Shown: piece by piece, positions 1 to 10,494 of the stretch | How positions within the stretch are numbered: the first letter of the stretch is position 1 | Layout: each line of letters starts with the position of its first letter | Origin: Prevotella sp. | GTDB taxonomy: Bacteria; Bacteroidota; Bacteroidia; Bacteroidales; Bacteroidaceae | Length of the DNA stretch: 64,000 nucleotides | Direction: 5' to 3' | Assembly: GCA_017645645.1 (NCBI GenBank) | Contig: JAGCOB010000012.1 | Coordinates: forward strand, 20,597-84,596 | The notes under the pieces: model-generated | What the model was told of the DNA's origin: nothing | Databases searched by the model: none | Seen by the model: the letters and a program-made list of their open reading frames with translations, nothing else | Made by a program: the position numbers and the translations under genes

Positions 1-3000
1 AGGGGTCGACAGTTGTTCCATACTTTGCCTCTGCTTGTTGACGGTAGGAGTCTAGTAGTCTGCAGAATTTGTCGAAGGAAGCGGAATGGTATCCGTTATT
101 GGCATCTCCGATACTTTCTAATGTAGATTTCAAGGAGATGGTCGTCATCGTGAAGGTTCCGCTTTGGGTGGCAGGCATGCCTTCATACATATATTGTATT
201 GATTTCGCCTTTGTCTCCGTACGGCTGGCATTCAGGTCAATTTTCAAGTCACGGACAGGCTCTAGGGTGGCTTTAATTTGCAGGTCGTTCGTCAGGTTGG
301 ATGTGGCGGGAGTCGCCAAACTGTCGTTCATCAACAACCACCCGTTGTCCAAAGCCTTCTGCAGGTAACTGTCGTCGGTAAATCCGAAGGCAAAGGCCAG
401 GCCGGGAGCCATCACACCTCCTGTCCGTTGTCCGAAGCAGTCTCCGATATTAGGCAGGAACCCGGGAATGGACATGGCATATTGATTACGATAGGAGATA
501 CCGACGGAGCGTATCATCATTAGGGTACGGGCTGCATATTGTGCTGGATTATACCACCACTGCTTCTCTGCAGGTGGCTTGGGAGCGATACTCAGCATCA
601 GTTGGATAGTATCCCGGTTCTTGATACGGATACGGTTCTCGTCCAACACCTTGTATTTCAGAGAATATTTCTTTCCGTCTTTCGTTCGGGCGTTAACGGT
701 CAGTTTCTTCGATTTCTTGCCATGGTTGACGATGATGGAGGAGTCAGCCATCAGGGTTACCTCTTTTTGCCAGGCATTCTGGTTCTTTGGGAGAATCTTT
801 TCCTCTTTTTGGGTTTGCTTGATGTTCTTGTCTTTAACATTCTTGTCTTTAACATTCTTGTCTTTAGCATTCTTGTCCTTGGCATTCTTGTTCCTGTTGG
901 TATTGGTGGCAGGTGCCTTCTTGAACCGTTCATTGGTCTTCTTAAGGAAAGGAATGTGGTTGTAGAGTGTCTCCATGTTGAAATTGCCATTGATATTCAA
1001 CTGACGATTATTGGCAATGGTATTTCCCAAAGAGATGCCATTCTCCAATTCAGTACCACGAACCCATCTGTAAGACGAATTATAGGTGGCGTCGGCTGTT
1101 ACCCAGTCGAAGACAGGTAGTTTGTTGAGCGGTAACTGTAGAGAGGCGGTAAATGTCTGTTGATAATCTAGAGGTGTGCCGAAGTGGCAGATACTATGCC
1201 ATACGGAATCTTTCCATGCCTCATAGCGGTCGGGGTAGAGGTCTTTGTTGATGGGTCTCTCGTCATATGGCTCCTCGATTTCCGCATGGGTTGCCGACTG
1301 AAAGTTCATGTGCAGGTTTTTGGTGAGGTCCCATCGGATGGCGAAGTCACGGTTCCATAGGAACTGCGAGTTAAACGTGACAGGGAGCCTCTCTCCGTTC
1401 AGGTCTTCCATGTCGCGTTCCTGCAATTCATAGTAAGAACGTGTCATCTCTGTATTGAACGAGATGCTTTGGGGTAGCCAGTTCAGCCCGAACTGTTTGG
1501 GATATTGCATCCATTTTGACTTACTCTTGCTATTCTTGAAAGGTTCCCAGGGCTTATAGACAGGACTATAATTGTAGTTCAAGGCACCGCGCCAGTTGTC
1601 GTCTTTCTCATAGACTGTAGTCTCACCACTAGTATAGCGGTGTGAGTGACTATAGGAGAATGAGAAATTGGCAGGGTCATAGGGCATTGGATGCCGCTTG
1701 GTCTTGATGCCGACCCGTACATTGGATAATGAGAAGTTCGTAGTGGTCGTCTTGGAGACGGCGATACTCTCGATAGAGTCCCGTTCATGTTGGTCGGGAG
1801 TGGCATCTAAGGCATCCTTGAGTTCCAAGTCCGTGTCTAACGGGTTGTATTTCGGACGTCTCTCCTCCTTGGTAACGGAGTAATACAGGGGTGCGCTCAC
1901 CTTTGCCTTATCAGGGAAGAACTTGCCCAATTCGACATTTGCCGTGATGGAGTAGGTTTTATAGTCATCCATGGAACGTTGAAGGATACCCTCTTCCAGT
2001 CCTCCGAACCCAGCAGTCATAATCTTACCGGTCATATTGAGGGTTCCTACATCCGACAACTGGAGATTCAGGGCACCGCTTGCAGCCCATCCACCATTAT
2101 TGTTAGGTTCCATCAGGCGTAACTCATCGACCCATACCTCTCCGGATTTATGTTCATTGGAGATGTTACGGACGCCGATCATCATAGTCTTTACCTCTCC
2201 CAAGGTGGGGTTACCCAAGATGCTGACCGTGTTCTTGGGGTGGTTGGGATCTGCCTGTGAAAATAGCTGGTTATAGGAGGCTCCACCAGAACCTCTTGAT
2301 TTATTACGTTCTTTCTTCAGGTTCGTAAACAAAGAGAGATCCATGTCCAACATGTTATCCTGAGGCCATACGGCACGGCAGTCATCTATGTTGTACTTGT
2401 TGTAGTCGTTACGGTCTGGGGTCAGGGATAGTGGAATGAGGTACTCGTAGTAGTTGTTCTTGTAGTCATTACCAAAGCGGATGAAGAGAGCTAGTTCACC
2501 GTCCTTGAGGTTATAATCGTCAATCTGGTGGTTGGCATGGTTGAACATCTGGATATGTTTGTAACGGCGCAAATCCAACATCGTGTTTTTATAGACCGCC
2601 TTTGACTCACCAGGAGCCAGGTTACGGACATCCATCTTCATCGACTGCTCGTTCTCTTCCACTAATTGAGGCTGGGAGGGGTCTGTCACACGACTGATAC
2701 CTGGGGGTAACACATAGTTGACGGGGCGTTTGTCGTTGTTCTCCTCGATATTGACGGCACTGACCTCCAGTGTTCCGCTTTCTGCCACATTAGAAAGTGG
2801 CTGATGGTAGATACGCCACTCTCCGCGTACCAGGTCAAGAGAACCGAAACGCAGGACGATCGGGCGCTTGAACTGGGTCAGGAACATACGCATAAAACGG
2901 ATGCTGGTGAAATCACCGATGTTGCCCACACGGTCTTCGTATTGGTCAAGGGGGATGCGGAACTGATACCATTTCACCGTTTCGTGGTTACCGTTACGCA

Positions 3001-6000
3001 GGACGACACTAGCCTCTCGGACATCGGTAATAAAGTTTCTTCCCTGTACCATATCCTCTGGTCGGATACTGACCTTATACTGATAGTACCTCTCATACTC
3101 ATTTAGGGTATAGTCCTGATTGATATCCTCTACGTCGGGGTAAGTCTTGTAACTCGTGTCATAGCCTTCCGTCTGCTGGTCACTGTCAGGCGAGTTGCCC
3201 TGTGGCAGGTTGATACGCATGTAACGTTCAAGGATGGAGGCCTGTCGTGCGTCCAGATCGGAGCCACGGTAATATTGGTAGTTGTCATTGGCGGGGTCGG
3301 CATTCCATACAGCACGTACGCTGTCGTTCACCGTGACACCGTTGAGGAAGTTGGCATAGGCAGGCTGCGACCTCTCTTCCTCGTCGTTCAGACCGTCGAG
3401 GCCAACATCCTGTTTGGCACGTGCACCAGGAGAGGTGGCGAAGGCATAGGTCTGTGTCGGTTGTAAGGGAATCTTACCCCATGCAGACCTGGCAAACTTG
3501 GCTGTACCATCGACAGGCATACCGCTCTCATAGAATTTCTTTCCATCCCGGAGGATATCCTCACTAACCTCACCCAGGTTGATATAGAGGTCACCACTAT
3601 ATTCTGAGGCTTCACCTTGTCGGGAGGAATAGATAAATGGATCCAACATCCAGAACTCGATATATTCTATGTTTGCCGTCTCAAAGTCGTTGGTGTCCAG
3701 TTTACGCATCATACCGCCCCATCGCTGTTGTGGGTTGGTGAGCTTACCGTCCGTCGTCACCTCTGTCGTCAGGTTGTATGCACCACGCTCCTCGGGGTAA
3801 TAGGCGAGGTCGAGGATCGGGAGTGTCGCCGTGGCACCGCTATAGGTACTCTGTTGTCTGTTTGGATAGAGTTCACTGACATAGACAGCCCTGACGTAGT
3901 GGTTAGATAACTGTTCTATGTCGCTCTTGATATGACTGGGTGTCAAAGAAGAGGAACGGTAGGTGAAGATTGGGTCAATGGTATACCAGGCAAGCAGGGA
4001 ACGATTGAAGCCGCTGGTCACGGAGTCCTTGTCGGCTATTTCTTTAAATTTTGTGGGTACACTCGACAATACCCAGGATTTGGGCTCACTGACATCAATG
4101 CCGTTCTTGGCATTCTCGAAATCGTCAATGTATGAAGCGTTGTCCTGTGTACCACCAGCCTGTCCGGCAATCAAGTGGGCAAACTCACCCGTAAAGGTAA
4201 TCTGCGAAGGTTGTGTGCAATGCAGGAAGGGTAGTTTGTCCAACATCTTGGTAAGCCACTGACTCTCGTGCTTCCAATTGACATTCACGCCCCAGAGAGT
4301 ATTCTTTAACGGCTCGGATCCCATGGTGACCTTGGAAGTCAGTGTTTGTTCCGTCAGGTGCTGTATGGTACCGCCAATCTGCAGGTCTTTCGAGAAGTCG
4401 TATTCAAAATTGAGTCCCAGCATGGTCTTTCGCTGCATGCCATAGTCCGTATTGCTTTCCAGCGACACGCTGACACTCGTTCCGGCATCGATGATACTCT
4501 GGTTTAGGATAGTCACCTCACCAGCGGAGTAGTCGACACTGTAGTCTGTACCTTCTGTGAGGATGACACCGCCTGCCGTAACGACAACGGAACCTTGTGG
4601 CACGTTATAGGCTCCCAGGGAGATGACATTGGCGGAAGTACCCTTGAACTGGCCTACCAACAGGTATTTATTCTTGTCAGTCATCTGCATGGCTGCCGTT
4701 TTGGTGGTGTCATAGAGCTCTTGGAACGTGTATTTGGCAACTTTTTCGGCAGGGACATGGTTTCTCTCCAAGAACTGGCGAAGTGTCTTGCCGAACGGCT
4801 CGGCGGAGGGGAAGAACACACGGCCCTCGCTGACGGTATAGCCTTCCACGAAGTCGAAGTAGCCGTTGGGATGTGCCCTGTTGTTATTGTCCAAGCGGTC
4901 GCAGCCCAGTCCACGGAGCAGGGTGATGTCCTTGACCTCGGGGATATAGGTTAGATAGACTCCTGCCGTGTCGCTCTGGAACTTGATGTCAAGGCGGAAC
5001 TTGGTCTTCTCCACATTCGAGGCGAGATAGTAGACATTCTTCATCATCAGTGCCCAGTTGTTCTGTGAAGGGTGATTACTGGTGTTCTTCAGCGATTTTA
5101 CAAACAGAGCCTCGCTGGCATTGGTGATATCATTAGCAAATTCTCCTACCTGATAGACCTGTCCTTTGTAGGTGAACTCAAAGGCGACGGCAAGTACCTG
5201 GTCAGTCTGGATACCAGACTTGAGGGAGATATATCCCATGGAAGAATTGAGCGTATACTCGGAACTGGTCAGGAGACGGGCAGAGGAAAGCTTTTCGTAG
5301 TCGACACTTCCTGTAAAGTTGTCGATACCGTCGAAGACCGTGGTGGTCATGTCGATGTTACGTGCCTCTGCATAGGTCGTTATCATACTGTTGTATTCGC
5401 TGTTGGCATTATTACTCGGAACGTCAGAGACCGTGCCTCCTGAGCTCCAACGGGTGGAGGTACTCTCGCCGAGGTCTGTCAGGGCAATGATATTACGGGT
5501 ATTGGCAGTCGTTCCCGTCTTGTTGGTGACCCACACCTCTACACGGTTGATCTGAACACCTGACATGAGGTTGGGCAGTTTCTGCATGGCTTCGTCGTAG
5601 TGCTCCCTGAAATACTTCGCCAGGAAGAAATGGCGGTTTTCCTCATAGTCTGCCACGTTCAACTCGAAGGGAGTCAATTGTACACCGCCCCTGGAGGACA
5701 CACTGGTCGTCGTGGATTTCTTCTGGGAGAAGACGGTCTGCAGTTTCAGCTTGCCAAACTGCATGTCAGTGCGGACACCGAAGAGGCTGGAGGCTCCCTT
5801 CACCAGTGAGTTGTTGGTGGGGAAGGTGACATTACCCGCCTCGATGAGTTTGATGATCTCGTCTTCCTTGCCCTCATAGCGCAGTTTGATGTTCTTGGTA
5901 TCGAAGTCAAAGGTGGCATCGGTGTTGTAGTTCAGGTTCATGTTCACTTTGTCACCGACCTTACCCGTCACGTTCAGGTTGATCTTCTCGTCGAAGTCGA

Positions 6001-6613
6001 TGGCCTTGGTTTTTCTGTTACGCTCGGGTAATGAGGGATTGTCAATAATCTTAAGATTGCCACCCAGTTTCAGCTCTGCTGTTCCCTGAGTCTTGATACG
6101 CACACCGCCGGGACCGAAGATTTTTTCCGCAGGACCAAGGTCGAAGTGCATGTCGGCAAAGTCAAACTTGTCTTTGCCCTTGGCATCGTAGTTAGCAACG
6201 TTCTTCTGGCGGAAATACTGACGCAGTTCACGCTGACGACTCCATTCCTGGTATTCCTCCGGTGACATCAGAATAGGGGCGTTGAGATAAGAACTGCCAA
6301 TCTTGGAGCCTATCAGGTAGACACCGGTGGAATCGTCGTACTCTACCTGTTGCTTGATATTCTCAGGCATACGGAGATCGACGACGGCGCTGTCGAGGTC
6401 GCTGACGACAACAGGACTGGTCTTCTTGATTTTCCAACGGGGGTGGAGCAGGGAGTCTGGAATCTCTTCATCCTCCGTCACCAAGGTCGGCTGTGCCTTG
6501 ATAGAGTCTTTCTCGTCAGGACGTGAAGGGAAGGGGAACATCGCAGGCAGCATGTGTGCCAGGGCAACCATGCTGATGAGCAGAAAAACGATATATACTC
6601 CGATTCTCTTCAC
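1..6613 (-). CDS. sprA: Type IX secretion system translocon SprA (Sov), 3' end outside window
   Basis: Not in the ORF track (no stop inside the window). Manual translation from GTG at 6613 gives MKRIGVYIVFLLISMVALAHML...DLGPAEKIFGPGGVRIKTQGTAELKLG...NPSLPERNR...FDEKINLNVTGKVGDKVNMNLNYNTDATFDFD...LRYEGKEDEIIKLIEAGNV, the SprA N-terminal signature. The same frame is open at the left edge (...YRQQAEAKYGTTVDP). Lies next to ruvA as is usual in Bacteroidetes. Confidence 0.95.
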   Translation of the reverse strand, partial: MKRIGVYIVFLLISMVALAHMLPAMFPFPSRPDEKDSIKAQPTLVTEDEEIPDSLLHPRWKIKKTSPVVVSDLDSAVVDLRMPENIKQQVEYDDSTGVYLIGSKIGSSYLNAPILMSPEEYQEWSRQRELRQYFRQKNVANYDAKGKDKFDFADMHFDLGPAEKIFGPGGVRIKTQGTAELKLGGNLKIIDNPSLPERNRKTKAIDFDEKINLNVTGKVGDKVNMNLNYNTDATFDFDTKNIKLRYEGKEDEIIKLIEAGNVTFPTNNSLVKGASSLFGVRTDMQFGKLKLQTVFSQKKSTTTSVSSRGGVQLTPFELNVADYEENRHFFLAKYFREHYDEAMQKLPNLMSGVQINRVEVWVTNKTGTTANTRNIIALTDLGESTSTRWSSGGTVSDVPSNNANSEYNSMITTYAEARNIDMTTTVFDGIDNFTGSVDYEKLSSARLLTSSEYTLNSSMGYISLKSGIQTDQVLAVAFEFTYKGQVYQVGEFANDITNASEALFVKSLKNTSNHPSQNNWALMMKNVYYLASNVEKTKFRLDIKFQSDTAGVYLTYIPEVKDITLLRGLGCDRLDNNNRAHPNGYFDFVEGYTVSEGRVFFPSAEPFGKTLRQFLERNHVPAEKVAKYTFQELYDTTKTAAMQMTDKNKYLLVGQFKGTSANVISLGAYNVPQGSVVVTAGGVILTEGTDYSVDYSAGEVTILNQSIIDAGTSVSVSLESNTDYGMQRKTMLGLNFEYDFSKDLQIGGTIQHLTEQTLTSKVTMGSEPLKNTLWGVNVNWKHESQWLTKMLDKLPFLHCTQPSQITFTGEFAHLIAGQAGGTQDNASYIDDFENAKNGIDVSEPKSWVLSSVPTKFKEIADKDSVTSGFNRSLLAWYTIDPIFTYRSSSLTPSHIKSDIEQLSNHYVRAVYVSELYPNRQQSTYSGATATLPILDLAYYPEERGAYNLTTEVTTDGKLTNPQQRWGGMMRKLDTNDFETANIEYIEFWMLDPFIYSSRQGEASEYSGDLYINLGEVSEDILRDGKKFYESGMPVDGTAKFARSAWGKIPLQPTQTYAFATSPGARAKQDVGLDGLNDEEERSQPAYANFLNGVTVNDSVRAVWNADPANDNYQYYRGSDLDARQASILERYMRINLPQGNSPDSDQQTEGYDTSYKTYPDVEDINQDYTLNEYERYYQYKVSIRPEDMVQGRNFITDVREASVVLRNGNHETVKWYQFRIPLDQYEDRVGNIGDFTSIRFMRMFLTQFKRPIVLRFGSLDLVRGEWRIYHQPLSNVAESGTLEVSAVNIEENNDKRPVNYVLPPGISRVTDPSQPQLVEENEQSMKMDVRNLAPGESKAVYKNTMLDLRRYKHIQMFNHANHQIDDYNLKDGELALFIRFGNDYKNNYYEYLIPLSLTPDRNDYNKYNIDDCRAVWPQDNMLDMDLSLFTNLKKERNKSRGSGGASYNQLFSQADPNHPKNTVSILGNPTLGEVKTMMIGVRNISNEHKSGEVWVDELRLMEPNNNGGWAASGALNLQLSDVGTLNMTGKIMTAGFGGLEEGILQRSMDDYKTYSITANVELGKFFPDKAKVSAPLYYSVTKEERRPKYNPLDTDLELKDALDATPDQHERDSIESIAVSKTTTTNFSLSNVRVGIKTKRHPMPYDPANFSFSYSHSHRYTSGETTVYEKDDNWRGALNYNYSPVYKPWEPFKNSKSKSKWMQYPKQFGLNWLPQSISFNTEMTRSYYELQERDMEDLNGERLPVTFNSQFLWNRDFAIRWDLTKNLHMNFQSATHAEIEEPYDERPINKDLYPDRYEAWKDSVWHSICHFGTPLDYQQTFTASLQLPLNKLPVFDWVTADATYNSSYRWVRGTELENGISLGNTIANNRQLNINGNFNMETLYNHIPFLKKTNERFKKAPATNTNRNKNAKDKNAKDKNVKDKNVKDKNIKQTQKEEKILPKNQNAWQKEVTLMADSSIIVNHGKKSKKLTVNARTKDGKKYSLKYKVLDENRIRIKNRDTIQLMLSIAPKPPAEKQWWYNPAQYAARTLMMIRSVGISYRNQYAMSIPGFLPNIGDCFGQRTGGVMAPGLAFAFGFTDDSYLQKALDNGWLLMNDSLATPATSNLTNDLQIKATLEPVRDLKIDLNASRTETKAKSIQYMYEGMPATQSGTFTMTTISLKSTLESIGDANNGYHSASFDKFCRLLDSYRQQAEAKYGTTVDP
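825..890. repeat. 15-bp tandem repeat (about 4.5 units) inside sprA
   Basis: TTCTTGTCTTTAACA-type unit at 825, 840, 855, 870 and partial at 885; encodes KNAKD KNAKD KNVKD KNVKD KNIK on the minus strand. Confidence 0.9.
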
Positions 6614-6623
6614 GCTATATGCT

Positions 6624-7226
6624 TCATTTTATCTGTTTCAAAGCAAGCTTGACCACCTGCTCAACAGGAGCATTAGGCTGCTCCTTTAGGATGGCGACGA
6701 CGACCTTCTGTGTGGGGGCAGGGGAGAAGCCCAGCATCGTGAGGGCAGCCACTGCCTCGTCTCTCACGGCATTGTTGACAGGGGCGGCCATCGTTCCGCC
6801 AGCAGGTATCTCGTCGGCGATACCCAGTGCGACAATCTTGTCGCGCAGGTCGACGATGATCCGCTGGGCGGTCATTTTACCGATACCCTTGATGCCTTTC
6901 ACTACCCGTTCATTACCTGTTGAAATAGCACTGCAAAGCTCTGCTACACTCATCGACGAGAGCATCATACGGGCAGTATTGGGGCCTACACCGCTGACGG
7001 AGATGAGTAACTCAAACATCTCCCGTTCCTTTTTGTTGACAAAACCATACAGTACATGGGCATCCTCCCGAATCGACTCGTAGACATAGAGTTTAACTTC
7101 TTTCTTGCCTTGGATGGCACTGTAGGTGTTCAGTGAGATATTCAGACCGTAACCCACTCCTGCCGCTTCAACCGTTGCCAAAGCAGGGGTCAGTTCTGTC
7201 AACTCACCCTTAACATATTCTATCAT
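6624..7226 (-). CDS. ruvA: Holliday junction branch migration protein RuvA
   Basis: MIEYVKGEL...GVGY...[11 protein letters not shown]...[12 protein letters not shown]...[16 protein letters not shown]...[11 protein letters not shown]; start moved to ATG 7226. Confidence 0.97.
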   Translation of the reverse strand: MIEYVKGELTELTPALATVEAAGVGYGLNISLNTYSAIQGKKEVKLYVYESIREDAHVLYGFVNKKEREMFELLISVSGVGPNTARMMLSSMSVAELCSAISTGNERVVKGIKGIGKMTAQRIIVDLRDKIVALGIADEIPAGGTMAAPVNNAVRDEAVAALTMLGFSPAPTQKVVVAILKEQPNAPVEQVVKLALKQIK

Positions 7227-7424
7227 ACGCGTGTTTTGTATTAATACAATCATATTAACGCAGACCGCTTACAATTTATTGTATTTACCCCCTGAATAGA
7301 CTCAGATTGTTACAAAAGGTCGCTTTTTAAGAAATTTTTCTGTCTATTCGTTACGTTTTTCGATGAAAAGGTGTAATTTTGCGCAGAATTTGAACACATA
7401 AACAACTAATTTTATAAGATAACG

Positions 7425-8324
7425 ATGAAAAAGATTCGCGCTGCCGTCGTTGGTTACGGCAACATCGGTAAGTTTACCATTGAGGCATTGGAAGCCTCTG
7501 CCGACTTTGAGATTGCTGGCGTTGTGCGCCGTAACGGTGCTGAGAACAAGCCAGCCGAACTGGCTCCCTATGAGGTTGTAAAGGATATCAAGGAACTCCA
7601 AGATGTTGATGTGGCTATCCTCGCCACACCTACCCGTTCCTGTGAGGAATATGCCAAGCAGATTCTGCCGTTGGGCATCAATACCGTCGACTCGTTCGAT
7701 ATCCATACGAATATCCTTGGCTATCGCGAGCGTCTGATGGAGATTAACAAACAGACCAATACCGTCAGTATTATTGCTGCTGGATGGGATCCGGGTTCCG
7801 ACTCCATCGTCCGCACCCTGATGCAGAGTCTGGCACCCAAGGGACTGAGCTACACGAACTTCGGACCGGGTATGTCGATGGGGCACTCCGTCTGTGTCCG
7901 CTCGAAGGCCGGTGTGAAGAACGCGTTGTCAATGACGATTCCCCTTGGCGAGGGTATCCATCGCCGTATGGTGTATGTCGAGTTGGAGGACGGCTATACC
8001 TTGGAGCAGGTTACCAAGGATATCAAGGCTGACCCCTATTTCGCCAATGACGAGACCCATGTCTTCGCCGTTGAGTCAGTGGATGCCGTCAAGGACATGG
8101 GACATGGTGTCAACCTCGTCCGCAAGGGTGTGAGTGGTAAGACACAGAACCAGCGTCTGGAGTTCAATATGAGTATCAACAATCCTGCCCTCACCGCACA
8201 GGTGCTTGTCAACGTGGCCCGTGCTTCCATGCGTCAGCAGCCAGGTTGCTATACGATGATTGAGATTCCTGTCATCGACATGCTCCCCGGTGAGCGCGCC
8301 GACCTGATAGAACATCTGGTATAG
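7425..8324 (+). CDS. ddh: meso-diaminopimelate D-dehydrogenase
   Basis: Rossmann motif VVGYGNIG, NTVDSFDIH, AGWDPGSDS, YTNFGPGMSMGHS; -7 box TAATTTTG at 7374-7381. Confidence 0.95.
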   Translation: MKKIRAAVVGYGNIGKFTIEALEASADFEIAGVVRRNGAENKPAELAPYEVVKDIKELQDVDVAILATPTRSCEEYAKQILPLGINTVDSFDIHTNILGYRERLMEINKQTNTVSIIAAGWDPGSDSIVRTLMQSLAPKGLSYTNFGPGMSMGHSVCVRSKAGVKNALSMTIPLGEGIHRRMVYVELEDGYTLEQVTKDIKADPYFANDETHVFAVESVDAVKDMGHGVNLVRKGVSGKTQNQRLEFNMSINNPALTAQVLVNVARASMRQQPGCYTMIEIPVIDMLPGERADLIEHLV

Positions 8325-8325
8325 G

Positions 8326-8754
8326 ATGCATCCGGATATCTCCGACGAGCAGGTGCTCGACAATGCAGGTATCCGTGTCACAGCAGTACGACTGCTGATA
8401 TGGCGACAGATACGGCATGGCTTCCAGGACGCCTTCAGCTTAGGCGACTTGGAAGCTAAGTTGCCGACCGTCGACCGTTCCACATTGTTCCGTACCCTTA
8501 CCTTGCTCACGGAGGCACATCTGCTACATGACATCGACGACGGCTCTGGCTCCCAGAAATACTGTGTCTGCCATCTGGACGATACCCGCCATTGCGAGGG
8601 ACATGTCCATATCACCTGTCGGCAGTGTCACCGCACCTTCTGTCTCACTCATGTACGCATCCCCTCCGTCCCTCTTCCCGAAGGCTTCGTACAGGAAGAG
8701 ACGGAATACATTGTCAAGGGCATCTGCCCTTCATGTGCCAATAAGAGGAAGTGA
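8326..8754 (+). CDS. Fur-family transcriptional regulator
   Basis: GIRVTAVR, DRSTLFRTL helix, HVHITCRQC and C-terminal GICPSC zinc motifs. Confidence 0.9.
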   Translation: MHPDISDEQVLDNAGIRVTAVRLLIWRQIRHGFQDAFSLGDLEAKLPTVDRSTLFRTLTLLTEAHLLHDIDDGSGSQKYCVCHLDDTRHCEGHVHITCRQCHRTFCLTHVRIPSVPLPEGFVQEETEYIVKGICPSCANKRK

Positions 8755-8763
8755 TTTATCAAA

Positions 8764-8851
8764 TGTTCCATAGGGTGGAACAAGTTATTCCATAGGGTGG
8801 AACAAATTATTCCATAGGTTGGAACAAGTTGTTCCATGGCATGGAACAAAT
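8764..8851. repeat. Four tandem 22-bp palindromic units
   Basis: T(G/A)TTCCA-TAGGG-TGGAACAA(G/A)T at 8764, 8786, 8808 and a variant at 8830; no spacers between units. Confidence 0.92.
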
Positions 8852-9066
8852 CAGAAGGATGCTTCTTTCTTCCCGTTAGGTAGACACTTCTCCCTTGGAA
8901 GCCATCTTTGTATTTGTGTGCAAATGTAATGACAATTATTATAAAAAAAAATAATTTTCTTTGTTATGTGCCTGACTTTTCGTAATTTTGCGACAAAAGT
9001 CGCGAAGTTTTCGCTTTGCTCAAGGAAACTTTTCCATCTCGGCATCATATAAAAGAATGAAATAAT

Positions 9067-10494
9067 ATGAAAGGCAAACTACTAAACTTAATGGCTTTAT
9101 GCCTGTTGTTCCCTGTCTCTATGAAAGCACAGGACTACTCGAAGTATTATCAGAACCTGCCCGTGAAGATGGCACAGGTCAGTCGTCCGCAGATTCCTGC
9201 CAACGAGTTGAATATCAAGGAGGTAGGTGGCGTGGGCGATGGTGTCACCCTCAATACGGAGGCATTCAGCAAAGGCATCTCGAAACTCAATAAGATGGGA
9301 GGCGGCAGACTTGTCGTCCCTCAGGGGGTATGGCTCACAGGTCCTATCTCCCTGAAGGACAATATCGAACTGCATCTCGACAAGAACGCCATCATCTTTT
9401 TTTCGCCCGACAAGCGGTTGTATGTAGTGGAAGGCAGTAAGTCGAGTCGCGTGGAACCTTGTATCAAGGCTTCGAAGTGTAAGAATGTCGCTATCACGGG
9501 TAGTGGTATCATTGACGGTAACGGAGCCCAGTGGCGACCCGTGAAGCGTAACAAGGTGAGCGATGCGGAATGGAGTGCCTTCAAGCAGATGGGTGGCGTG
9601 GAGCGTCAGAACGGTACGCTGTGGTATCCGTGGCAACTGAAGTCCGGCTATCCCGATATCAAAGACTCTCCTGAGGAACAGGAGAAGATGCGTAACGACC
9701 TGGTGCGCTTCACAGATTGTGAGAACGTGCTTTTCGAGGGCGTGACTTTCCAGAATGCCCCGAAGTTCCATGTACATCCCTGCTATTGCAAGAACGTCAT
9801 AGTTGACGGTATCACGGTACGCTGTCCCTGGAATGCGCAGAACGGTGATGCCATCGACTTCAGTGATGTGAATGTCGGACTGATTGTCAACTCCACGGTG
9901 GATGCTGGTGACGACGGTCTCTGTATGAAGAGTGGAAGCTATAAGGAGAATGCCAAAGCCAACGGCTGTGAAGACATCCTTATTCAAGATAATACTGTAT
10001 TCCATGCCCATGGCGGTTTCGTGCTCGGCAGTGAGACGATCAGTGGTATGCGCCGAATGGTGGTGCGTAACTGTCGTTTCAGCGGTACCGATACAGGATT
10101 GCGTTTCAAGAGCGGTCTCAGTCGTGGTGGTAAGACGGAGCAACTGTTTGTCTCCGACATCGTCATGACAGACATCAAGAACGAGGCCATCGTCTTCCAG
10201 TGCGACTATGTGGACCGTCCTGCTGGCAGCGACCCCAATAAGGTGCCTGTCTTTACGGAGGAACAGAAAAAGAAGGCTCCCTATTTCCAGGACATCCATA
10301 TCTCGAACGTCGTCTGCCATGGAGCCTCTACGGGTATCAGTGCCAGCGGCATCCTTGGTCTCGACAATGTCCGTGACATCGAGATATCCAATTCCACCAT
10401 CGTCTATACGAAGACAGACAAGCAGATCGACGAAAAGACTGCTAAACTCAATCTTCAGAACATTACTCTGCTGCCGCTTTCAGTATCTCGCTGA
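9067..10494 (+). CDS. Glycoside hydrolase family 28 (polygalacturonase-like), secreted
   Basis: Signal peptide; GVGDGVTLNTEAF, NGDAID, GDDGLCMKSG, HGGFVLGSE and GLRFKS GH28 motifs. Confidence 0.93.
   Translation: MKGKLLNLMALCLLFPVSMKAQDYSKYYQNLPVKMAQVSRPQIPANELNIKEVGGVGDGVTLNTEAFSKGISKLNKMGGGRLVVPQGVWLTGPISLKDNIELHLDKNAIIFFSPDKRLYVVEGSKSSRVEPCIKASKCKNVAITGSGIIDGNGAQWRPVKRNKVSDAEWSAFKQMGGVERQNGTLWYPWQLKSGYPDIKDSPEEQEKMRNDLVRFTDCENVLFEGVTFQNAPKFHVHPCYCKNVIVDGITVRCPWNAQNGDAIDFSDVNVGLIVNSTVDAGDDGLCMKSGSYKENAKANGCEDILIQDNTVFHAHGGFVLGSETISGMRRMVVRNCRFSGTDTGLRFKSGLSRGGKTEQLFVSDIVMTDIKNEAIVFQCDYVDRPAGSDPNKVPVFTEEQKKKAPYFQDIHISNVVCHGASTGISASGILGLDNVRDIEISNSTIVYTKTDKQIDEKTAKLNLQNITLLPLSVSR

Noticed and set aside
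69-6689. Many short ORF-track entries in 1-6.7 kb
   Set aside because: Shadows of the single long minus-strand sprA frame
8764-8851. CRISPR array
   Set aside because: Palindromic units are directly adjacent with no unique spacers, and no cas genes are in the window
9097-10320. 407-aa minus-strand ORF
   Set aside because: Antisense shadow of the GH28 gene with no recognisable motifs
10463-10494. Convergent 3' overlaps (also 28202-28223, 60153-60181, 63198-63226)
   Set aside because: Short tail-to-tail overlaps are common in compact Bacteroidales genomes
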